DNA of 64,000 nucleotides from Coxiellaceae bacterium UBA6002 (lineage in GTDB: Bacteria > Pseudomonadota > Gammaproteobacteria > UBA6002), in NCBI GenBank assembly GCA_002429595.1, contig DJAM01000060.1, forward strand, positions 1,636-65,635, written 5' to 3'. Position numbers and translations under genes: made by a program. Shown in pieces: positions 47,437 through 55,510 of this stretch (its first letter is position 1; each line of letters starts with the position of its first letter). Below the pieces are notes generated by a model. The model searched no databases and was not told the origin of the DNA. It worked only from the letters and a program-made list of their open reading frames with translations.

Positions 47437-50100
47437 TCAATCTATATCGTGCTCAAGCTGCTTTGATTGGTATTGTCCTAGCATTTTTGCAAATTCAGGC
47501 ATTTTAGTTTGAATGATTTGATAGAGTTTTTTATTTTTGTAAATTTTTTTGACTTCAAGTTGGACCTCTTTTTTTAGTCGATAGACTGCATAATGATTTT
47601 TGAGTATTTTTGCTTGATCAAGATCATTCAATAATTTGTGAAATTTTTCTTGAGTAGGCTTAACGTCATCATCACTTTCTTTAACTTGTGTAGAGGATGC
47701 ATTATTTAAATAATGGTGTCCTTTTTGTTTGCCATTGACTATTTCAGGCTGTTTATGATGTTGTGTCGTTATTTTTTCATTTCTTACTATTAGCTGATGA
47801 TATTTTTCATGTAAATATTTTCGAGCGGTTTTAAGTTTTTCTAGAGCATGTTCTTTAATTCGAGCAAATAGACTTTCAATATTGATACCACGTCGTTTAG
47901 CAAAATTAAATGGGTAATCAAGCATGTTATCTTTCATCCCATCTTTGTCTAGTCCTTTGATGAGTGATTCAAGATTGGGGTGATTCTCTTGATCAATATA
48001 TAAATCCATTGTTTTCTTATGACGACTACCCGCAACATACATTAAGTTGCGATTCCAATAATCACCTGCAACATAAATAAAACTGTGATCTACAGTGATA
48101 CCTTGTGTCTTATGGATGGTAGCACTGTAGCCATGATTAAAATGCACATAGTGCTCAGGATCAAAGGTAACCGTTTTGTTATTATCAAGATCAACCGTAA
48201 TACTTTTCACTTTACCTAAATTATCAGATTCAATTACCTTTATAATTCCCAATTGACCATTTCGAACTTCCAATTTTGGATCATTTTTTCGAAATATCAA
48301 ACGATCATTCACACTCAACCATAATTCGTGTTCACCTTTTTTAATAGAGAATCCTTGATCAATTTCACCCGCTAGAATTCGTTTAGCCCTTGCGATTTGA
48401 TTGAGTTGCATTACATCGATATTTCGATGTGCCAAAATGAGCGTTTGTTGCAATAAAATATGTTTTTGGTTATATCGATGATGCCAATCATCGATGAGGC
48501 AGTGCATCGCATCTTTTGCTGTTTTGTTATAATGAATATGCTGATGTTCTTGATAAGATTTCAACGCTTCTCTGATATTACCTGTAGCAAGATGATGGGT
48601 TGCTTTACGTTGCCAGGGTTCTTCTTGTCGAATTATTTGCTGAAGCTCAGCAAATCCAACGCGCTCTAATAACGCTCGGAAAGGCGCTCCGGGTCCTATG
48701 GGTTGCAATTGAGCTTCATCACCCACGAGTATCAATTTTGCTTGTGCTTTGTGGATATGATTAATGATTTCAGATAAAGCGTAAGTGTCTGTCATGCCGG
48801 CTTCATCCAGAATAATGATATCATCCTTTGTGAGTTTTAAAGTTTCTTTTTGCAGTGCATAGGTGAATGATGCAATTGTCCTGCTGGGTATTCCGGAGGC
48901 TTCTTGTAATCCTTGCGCTGCAATACCTGAAAGAGCAATGCCTTGAACATGATAACCAGCTTTAGTAAAAGCGTCTTTCGCTGCTTTCAAGGCATACGTT
49001 TTTCCCGTACCTGCTCGTCCAACGATTATTGAAATATCTGATCCCTGCAAGATATGTTGTATAGCATCAGCTTGTTCATCATTGAGCTTATAGTTATTAA
49101 TAATATTTTTAATTAGAGTAGGATGAATAGAATGTGAAACACGTTGGTTGAGGTTTTCTGCAACTTCCTGAATATTATTTTCTAGTTCAAAGATGTTTCG
49201 GGTTGTGTAACGTTTTTTTCCATCATCACCCGTACCCAATAATATAATTTTCTTTGAGTTTTTCACTTTAAGCAATGCGATTTGAAATTCTTGTGGATCA
49301 TCGATGTGCTTATGAAGTAACCGACCAATATCATGATCATTAAATACTGAGCTGTGTAATGTAATTTGATTGAGGACATTCTCCGGATCAGTCAGTGCAA
49401 TTTTTTTAGCATCTTGATGTCGGTTTTGATTTTCTTGCCAACGGTCAAATTGATTACGATCTTTTGCGTGAAAAATATGTTTGCCTAAATGAATTTGACT
49501 ATAAATGCCATTTGCATCGACAGTCAAATCGAGTCCTTTGGCTAGAAAATAGTGATTTTGGAAATGTCGCCACTCTTCACCCCATACTTTATCCGTCTGT
49601 ACTTGACCTCGGATAACCTTCGGATCCAAATCTCGCGCCTTATGGGAATCAAATTGATTGCCAATTAAACGACGTGTAGTGATTAAAATATGTGCATGCG
49701 GGTTGCCTGCTTCATTATGAATATTAATATCTACAACTACGCCATTATTTACAAAATTTGCCATGGCGAAACGTTTTGCAAGTTCAATTTTGTCGTTGTC
49801 ATTAATTTGATCATCTTGAGGCAGGGCTAGAATAACTTCTTTGGCTACTTGTGAGTTATTTCGAGTTTCATTTTTTTCAACAGTGTTCCATAACAATTCA
49901 CGATTTTTAAATTTAACATCCGCATTTTCAGGTAACAGAATTTCTGAATAGAGTAGGAGGGATTTTTTATTAGTATAGTCAAACGTTGTACCTGTGCGCT
50001 CATCATAAATTTTCGAACAACTACGATAGGCAGCCGCTGCTGTAGCTTGCAGAGCTTTACTTCGAGATAGATATTTTACCTGTGCAAATGCAATAGCCAT
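47437..50100 (-). CDS. traA: Conjugative relaxase/helicase, Ti TraA / MobA-MobL (MOBQ) type
   Basis: N-terminal AQVKYLSRSKALQATAAAAYRS and the HAHILITTRR histidine motif. Central GRAGTGKTYALKAA Walker A, ILDEAGM, and a RecD-like C-terminal helicase region. Confidence 0.85.
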   Translation of the reverse strand: MAIAFAQVKYLSRSKALQATAAAAYRSCSKIYDERTGTTFDYTNKKSLLLYSEILLPENADVKFKNRELLWNTVEKNETRNNSQVAKEVILALPQDDQINDNDKIELAKRFAMANFVNNGVVVDINIHNEAGNPHAHILITTRRLIGNQFDSHKARDLDPKVIRGQVQTDKVWGEEWRHFQNHYFLAKGLDLTVDANGIYSQIHLGKHIFHAKDRNQFDRWQENQNRHQDAKKIALTDPENVLNQITLHSSVFNDHDIGRLLHKHIDDPQEFQIALLKVKNSKKIILLGTGDDGKKRYTTRNIFELENNIQEVAENLNQRVSHSIHPTLIKNIINNYKLNDEQADAIQHILQGSDISIIVGRAGTGKTYALKAAKDAFTKAGYHVQGIALSGIAAQGLQEASGIPSRTIASFTYALQKETLKLTKDDIIILDEAGMTDTYALSEIINHIHKAQAKLILVGDEAQLQPIGPGAPFRALLERVGFAELQQIIRQEEPWQRKATHHLATGNIREALKSYQEHQHIHYNKTAKDAMHCLIDDWHHRYNQKHILLQQTLILAHRNIDVMQLNQIARAKRILAGEIDQGFSIKKGEHELWLSVNDRLIFRKNDPKLEVRNGQLGIIKVIESDNLGKVKSITVDLDNNKTVTFDPEHYVHFNHGYSATIHKTQGITVDHSFIYVAGDYWNRNLMYVAGSRHKKTMDLYIDQENHPNLESLIKGLDKDGMKDNMLDYPFNFAKRRGINIESLFARIKEHALEKLKTARKYLHEKYHQLIVRNEKITTQHHKQPEIVNGKQKGHHYLNNASSTQVKESDDDVKPTQEKFHKLLNDLDQAKILKNHYAVYRLKKEVQLEVKKIYKNKKLYQIIQTKMPEFAKMLGQYQSKQLEHDID

Positions 50101-50113
50101 GCGCCTATTCTAC

Positions 50114-50151
50114 GCAAACTTGAAAAGTTTGCATATTGCGCTTTTAGGGGG
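50114..50151. other. Candidate oriT: 8-bp inverted repeat followed by a MOBQ-like nic core
   Basis: GCAAACTT-GAA-AAGTTTGC (50114-50132) is immediately followed by ATATTGCGCTTTTAGGGGG. It lies between the relaxase gene and the divergent TraD-like genes. Confidence 0.45.
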
Positions 50152-50256
50152 AAGACTTTTTTAGAGACATTGCTTTTACTACTACAAAAGTTGGGGATTT
50201 CTAAGTCATGCGTTTCTCTGTAAGCTATTTTGAAAATCATCGATGGAGAGGGAGTC

Positions 50257-50478
50257 ATGCACAAGCAAAAAAGAATCAAGTCTATCGCTAACTTCCAAAA
50301 ACAGAAACTTTTAATGCAGCAGCAACTTAAGCGAGCAGAAGAAAAATTAAAAGAATTAGAAAATAAACGTGCAATTGAATTAGGTAAATTGGCTATGGAA
50401 TGTGGTCTAGCTGAAAAAAATAATGAATTTTTAGAGCGTGTATTTTTTAAAATATCAAAGGAGAACCTACATGCTTGA
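50257..50478 (+). CDS. Small relaxosome accessory protein, TraD(Ti)-family paralogue
   Basis: RBS GGAGAGGGAG precedes ATG 50257. ...ENKRAIELGKLAMECGLAE resembles the motif of the next ORF. Confidence 0.5.
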   Translation: MHKQKRIKSIANFQKQKLLMQQQLKRAEEKLKELENKRAIELGKLAMECGLAEKNNEFLERVFFKISKENLHA

Positions 50479-50743
50479 GGACTCGTCAAGTAAGTTGATT
50501 CGACAAAAGCAATTTGTTGCAAGAAATGAACTTTCTCTTAACAGAGAGCGTGAACGTTTAAGAAAAGCTGATACACGGCGAAAAATTCAGCTAGGAGGAT
50601 TAATTGTTAAAGCAGGTCTGGCTGAAGAGCCGTCCAGTGTTATTTTAGGGTTACTGTGTGATGCGCGCGGTAGACTTCCAAATGAAAAGGAGCGATGGCA
50701 GAGCTTGGGTGATCACGAATTTCAAAAAGAACAAAATTTTTGA
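50471..50743 (+). CDS. traD: Ti-type conjugal transfer protein TraD-like
   Basis: RKADTRRKIQLGGLIVKAGLAEE matches my recollection of the TraD (Ti plasmid) signature. AAGGAG precedes ATG 50471. Confidence 0.6.
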   Translation: MLEDSSSKLIRQKQFVARNELSLNRERERLRKADTRRKIQLGGLIVKAGLAEEPSSVILGLLCDARGRLPNEKERWQSLGDHEFQKEQNF

Positions 50744-50826
50744 GGTATCAAACTAGCATTTTAACGCCGAAGCAGTAAGCCATCACTCATCTTAGATAAG
50801 ATTATAAATTAAAAAAGAGGTGACCC

Positions 50827-51837
50827 ATGTTCAATTCACGATCTCAAGAACATGCAGATAGGAATATGAAGATAAGTGACGAAGAATTTTTTGATAAAAT
50901 TCGTAAACAGGATTGGTCTTTTTATTTTTTGTGCTTAATTAAAGATTCCAGTCTATTGCATCGCTGTGATGCATTGGGTAATCAGGCACTTCATATAGCA
51001 GCTTACCAAGGTAACTTTGAAGTACTTTCACAGTTAATTGAACAGGGTGCAGATGTTAATGCCGAGAATAATAGTCATTTAACTGCATTAGATTTGGCAG
51101 CAAGTAACGGTGATGAAGATTTAGTCATGTTCTTATTAGAAAAGGGCGCGAAAATTATTTCAGCTAAAGAAAAATTATCCCCGCTTCATTGGGCCACAAT
51201 TTATGGTCAAACTTCTGTAGTACGACTTCTGATAAAGCAAGGGATAGATACTGGTCATCCAGATGAGAAAGGTTTTATCGCCGGTGACTATGCAAAAGAA
51301 ATTGGGTATTCGGATATTAATCATATTTTAACAAACTCCCATAATTTAGAATCTGAACAACATGATAGAAACTCTAATCGAGCTAAACTTGCCGCATTGC
51401 ATGGTAAGCTTGCTATTAAAAGCTTTGCTGAAGACAAGCCAGATTTAGCGTATCAACTTCTTAAAGATTGTCGGCAGTATGATCATCAAGCATGTGATAA
51501 AGTGATCCATAGGGTGCTGACTAATGACCGACAGTATCCTAGACTTAACAACTTTCAATTCACAGAATTTTTGAAATCGCCTATTGTTTCTAATACCAAA
51601 CATCCTGAGAACCAACTCATTTTAGCTCAGCTTCATAAAGAAGGGCGCTTTGTAAAAAGAGATTATAGCCGTAGTTTATTTTTATATGGGAAGGCCGCAA
51701 CTCAATTTGAAAATAAAGGCAACGTCATACTTTTGGATTGGATAAAAGAACTAGTCTTACGTCTCAAGGACTGCTTTACGGTAGATTGGCTGCAGACCAA
51801 AAATGATTTAAATGTGTCCAGAACTTTAGGGAAATAA
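50827..51837 (+). CDS. Ankyrin-repeat protein with one possible Sel1-like repeat (eukaryotic-like; effector candidate)
   Basis: GNQALHIAAYQGNFEVLSQLIEQGADVNAEN, HLTALDLAASNGDEDLVMFLLEKGA and SPLHWATIYGQTSVVRLLIKQG are ankyrin repeats. LAQLHKEGRFVKRDYSRSLFLYGKAA is Sel1-like. Confidence 0.8.
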   Translation: MFNSRSQEHADRNMKISDEEFFDKIRKQDWSFYFLCLIKDSSLLHRCDALGNQALHIAAYQGNFEVLSQLIEQGADVNAENNSHLTALDLAASNGDEDLVMFLLEKGAKIISAKEKLSPLHWATIYGQTSVVRLLIKQGIDTGHPDEKGFIAGDYAKEIGYSDINHILTNSHNLESEQHDRNSNRAKLAALHGKLAIKSFAEDKPDLAYQLLKDCRQYDHQACDKVIHRVLTNDRQYPRLNNFQFTEFLKSPIVSNTKHPENQLILAQLHKEGRFVKRDYSRSLFLYGKAATQFENKGNVILLDWIKELVLRLKDCFTVDWLQTKNDLNVSRTLGK

Positions 51838-52081
51838 TTTAATTTATCCTTCTTCTTTCGTAACTACTCGCCTGGGTTTCTTCAAAAAAATTAATTCTGC
51901 AATTGGGGATAGGATTCCCTGCCATACAACATTTAAATGGTAACCAAAACAAAATAAATTACTTACTCGCTGCAAATTTGGGTTGGACACTTTAATTACA
52001 CTCAAGACAATGCAATAACCAAGATAAAAAATATGGAGTTCCTTTTAAAGCATGAGTGGACTCCGCTATAGAGATACAGAG

Positions 52082-52588
52082 TCAATCAGGCTCTAGTAAA
52101 ATTGACTGCACTGTTTTTAGTGTCATGATCAGTGTCATCGGTTGTAAAAGCGATTCCACGAATCCTCGCGACGTATAGAATCTTTTAGCTTGTTCTGATA
52201 AAGCATGAACTAAAATAGCAAACACGCCTGCATCACTAGCAACGCTAACAGCGCGTATCATTGCATCACGCAACAAGGCACTACCCAGTCCTTTATTATG
52301 ATAATTCTTGTCGATCGCTAGTCTACCAAGCAACAACACAGGCAATGGGTCTGGCATATTCCGTCTCATTGTCTTAGGCGCAGTTTCATGACTGATGGCG
52401 CCCGCAGATAGGCTGTAATAGCCAATAACTTTTTTGCCATTGCAAAGAACAAAACACCGTGATCCTCCTGATACTTGATTTTTAATCGCACGTTTTTTGA
52501 GCCATTCGTCAAGTGACTGTTCGCCGCTATCAAAATCATCTAAATCATAGTCAGCTGAGATCGGAGTTGGCGGTAACAAATTAAGCAA
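52082..52588 (-). CDS. GNAT-family acetyltransferase toxin (TacT/KacT-like)
   Basis: 168 aa with NKGLGSALLRDAM as the acetyl-CoA loop. Sits directly downstream of a DUF1778-type antitoxin. Confidence 0.8.
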   Translation of the reverse strand: MLNLLPPTPISADYDLDDFDSGEQSLDEWLKKRAIKNQVSGGSRCFVLCNGKKVIGYYSLSAGAISHETAPKTMRRNMPDPLPVLLLGRLAIDKNYHNKGLGSALLRDAMIRAVSVASDAGVFAILVHALSEQAKRFYTSRGFVESLLQPMTLIMTLKTVQSILLEPD

Positions 52589-52590
52589 GT

Positions 52591-52872
52591 TTATTTATCC
52601 CAGGGTGCTTTTGTTTTAAGTAGTCGACGTAGTTTGTCAGTTGCTGGTAATGGCCGATCAAGTAGCTCTTGAAACTTTTCGAATGTAGTAGCATTAACCG
52701 TGAAAAATGTCTGGTCAAGCAACAGCTCTTCTGCTTTGCTGCAGGCAGCGTTAAGCATAAAATCCGACCGACTACGGCCTAGTCGTTCGGCTGCTTGATC
52801 AATCAGGTCACGCTGATAGGTCTTAGCTCTGATATTGATAGACACTGACCCTTTATTTTGTGCATGCTTCAT
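52591..52872 (-). CDS. DUF1778 / RHH-type antitoxin (TacA-like)
   Basis: 93 aa. INIRAKTYQRDLIDQAAERLGRSRSDFML is typical of DUF1778 antitoxins. Confidence 0.8.
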   Translation of the reverse strand: MKHAQNKGSVSINIRAKTYQRDLIDQAAERLGRSRSDFMLNAACSKAEELLLDQTFFTVNATTFEKFQELLDRPLPATDKLRRLLKTKAPWDK

Positions 52873-52883
52873 AATTACCTCTC

Positions 52884-52920
52884 TTGTCTATACAAATAGT
52901 ATACAATACTGTATAGACAA
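52884..52920. promoter_or_regulatory. Candidate operator of the GNAT/RHH TA operon
   Basis: Perfect 11-bp inverted repeat TTGTCTATACA (52884-52894) / TGTATAGACAA (52910-52920), 12 nt upstream of the antitoxin start. Confidence 0.5.
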
Positions 52921-53055
52921 ATGCTATACGAAGTGGATTTGATAAAAAATAATTAGCTGGTTGTTTCATATCAGCATTTTTAGCTGAATTAAACTCTTGA
53001 GTAGCGTTAATTTTTCGATATAGTGAGGTTCAGGTTTATCTTTTGCATTTTTTGA

Positions 53056-54378
53056 TTGTTTTCTGTCTTAGGTAAAAAACACATGGTAGTGATTTTAAAA
53101 GTATATAAATATAAAAATAAAATAAAAAAAAGTTCGTCACTGTATTTTATTGGCATTATCCTGTGCCTTTTTTATTCTATAACACCAACAGCTAATCCCG
53201 CAAATCACCTTCCTGTTAATTCATTCTCGAACTTTATTCACTGCGTAATTCAAAATAACCCAGCAATTTGTGCCGCTAGGGCGAATGTTGCCGCAGCAGA
53301 AGCTCGTTATGTAGCAAGTTCCCAGCCCCTATACAACCCTGAATTAACCGCAGAAGCCCAGAAAGCAATAGAGAACACTTATAGCATTGGAATCAATCAA
53401 ACTATCGACATTGCAAACAAACGATGTGCCAAAAGCAAAATAGGCGAAGCCAATCTTCAAGCTGCAAAGGCACAACTTGCAAATCTTGAGCAGCAATTAA
53501 CTGCGGATTTGTTAAATGCATTAATCGCTTTTCGAACTCAAGAGAAAGTTGTATTTTTTGCTAAAGAACGAACCAATATATTAAATCGGTTTTTGACTTT
53601 GTCTAAAAAACTTCATGTAAATGGAGATATCCCAAGAGTTGATGTAGATTTAGCTCAACTTGCTTATTCCGACTCAATTGCTCAGCAGGCACAAGCTGAG
53701 GTAAAACTAACCGAAGCTTTACAATCACTAAGAGCTATTGCAGGATGTAATAACTCTGATTGGCCGGACTTTCCTCATAATCTTCCTTGCCTTACTATTT
53801 CTGATCACAAAATTGATTGTTTACTTCAAGGCTTGCCCGAATTCCATGTATGGAATAATCAATACCTCAGCGCTATAGCTCGCATAAATCTCACACAGCG
53901 TGAGCGTTATCCAGATCCCACAATTGGTATTCAAGGGGGGCTGCAAGAAGAGTCAGAGGAAAAAAAAGCATTAATTGGGGTTACATTAACCGTCCCTCTA
54001 TTTATTCGTAATCCTTATCAGGCGGAAGTCGCAGCCGCGAGTGCAGATGCTGGCGAGGCAGACCAAAAAAGGAGGGATTGGATGAGGATTACTCGTGCTG
54101 AGATCATGACATCTGCAGAGCGTTATCAAATTCTAAGTCAGGCTGTTAGTCAATGGGAAAAGATTTCTAACAAACCACTTAAAGACGGTATAAACTTAAT
54201 TGAGAGATTATGGCAAGCAGGCGAATTGAGTACAACGGAGTATTTAGTGCAATTAAGACAACGTGTTGATAATCAAATAACGGGTGCAGTCCTAACAGCA
54301 CAGGCTTGGCAAGCATGGGTAAGCTGGTTAAAAGCATCGGGCCAATCTGAAAACTGGCTATGTCATTATTCACCTTAA
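53056..54378 (+). CDS. Outer-membrane factor of an HME-RND pump (CzcC/CusC/TolC family)
   Basis: 440 aa with two-repeat TolC-like helical content. First gene of the OMF-MFP-RND triad. The start may be ATG 53083. Confidence 0.8.
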   Translation: MFSVLGKKHMVVILKVYKYKNKIKKSSSLYFIGIILCLFYSITPTANPANHLPVNSFSNFIHCVIQNNPAICAARANVAAAEARYVASSQPLYNPELTAEAQKAIENTYSIGINQTIDIANKRCAKSKIGEANLQAAKAQLANLEQQLTADLLNALIAFRTQEKVVFFAKERTNILNRFLTLSKKLHVNGDIPRVDVDLAQLAYSDSIAQQAQAEVKLTEALQSLRAIAGCNNSDWPDFPHNLPCLTISDHKIDCLLQGLPEFHVWNNQYLSAIARINLTQRERYPDPTIGIQGGLQEESEEKKALIGVTLTVPLFIRNPYQAEVAAASADAGEADQKRRDWMRITRAEIMTSAERYQILSQAVSQWEKISNKPLKDGINLIERLWQAGELSTTEYLVQLRQRVDNQITGAVLTAQAWQAWVSWLKASGQSENWLCHYSP

Positions 54379-54387
54379 GGTAAGCCA

Positions 54388-55491
54388 TTGATGTTGAAGT
54401 TTAAACTCAGATATGCCGTTTTCTTGTTTTTAATCTTGTCATATCAACTAGCGTTTGCAAAAGAAACAGACTCTGAAAATACTGTCCAATTAAGCGAACA
54501 ATCCCAAAAACTAGCAGGCATTGTGGTTACTACCTTAAAACCAAAAATTTTAAAAATCTATACACCAGCTCCTGGAGAAGTAGCTCCGAATACTAATCTA
54601 AGTACAAAAGTCACTACTCGTGTGGCAGCCCAAGTAGTCGAGCGCTACGTTCAAGAAGGTCAACATGTAAAACAAGGCCAAGTTTTAGTTAAAATGTCCA
54701 GTGTTGATATGGCCAAGACACAGGCAGATTTACTGTTAGCTTCTCAGGAATGGGAAAGAGTAAAAAGTTTAGGTAAAGATGCTATATCAGGAAAACGCTA
54801 TTACGAAGCTCAAGTTAATTACCAGCGAGCTTATTCAACGGCTTTAGCTTACGGAATGACTGAGATTGAAATTAAACAATTATTGATCACACAAAAACCC
54901 ACTCAAGCACAAGGTGAGTTTCGTCTGCTTGCTCCTAGAGACGGTACTATTTTTGATATTAAGTTTACTGATGGCGAGTTGATTGAACCAGGTAGAGTAC
55001 TCCTTCAAGTGGTGAACGAGGGTTCTGTGTGGGTTAATGCAAAATTATCACCCGGTTTAGTTCGCCCTATAAAAATAAATGATAGCGCGCAAGTTATTGT
55101 CGGTAATCAAGTATTAATGGGACATGTGATTCAAGTTTATCATCAACTAGATGAGGTGACTCGTACTCGTTCAATCTTGCTGGAAGTAAAAAATGCGAGC
55201 GACCTGTTGCATCCGGGCCAATTCGTCAACTGCTTGATTGAATCAGGACAAACCAAGCCTGTTTTGGCAGTGCCCGTAGAGGCGATAGTCCGCACACCCG
55301 ATGGCGATATGGGTATCTATCTGGAAAAGGCTGTAGGGTTATTCCAACTTAATGAGATAAAGCTTGTAGAAACAATCAATGACCAAGCTGTTATTGAAGG
55401 TGTTCCTGCAAATGCACGTGTAGTGACAAAAGGCGCTTTTTTTGTCCACGCCGAGTTAAATAAAAAGGGTTTTGATGCACACGGACATTAA
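54388..55491 (+). CDS. RND periplasmic adaptor (CzcB/CusB/HlyD family)
   Basis: Signal peptide ending QLAFA. Lipoyl/beta-barrel pattern (GQHVKQGQVLVKM ... GRVLLQV). Confidence 0.85.
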   Translation: MMLKFKLRYAVFLFLILSYQLAFAKETDSENTVQLSEQSQKLAGIVVTTLKPKILKIYTPAPGEVAPNTNLSTKVTTRVAAQVVERYVQEGQHVKQGQVLVKMSSVDMAKTQADLLLASQEWERVKSLGKDAISGKRYYEAQVNYQRAYSTALAYGMTEIEIKQLLITQKPTQAQGEFRLLAPRDGTIFDIKFTDGELIEPGRVLLQVVNEGSVWVNAKLSPGLVRPIKINDSAQVIVGNQVLMGHVIQVYHQLDEVTRTRSILLEVKNASDLLHPGQFVNCLIESGQTKPVLAVPVEAIVRTPDGDMGIYLEKAVGLFQLNEIKLVETINDQAVIEGVPANARVVTKGAFFVHAELNKKGFDAHGH

Positions 55492-55510
55492 ATGGAATTA
55501 AAGAAAACTA

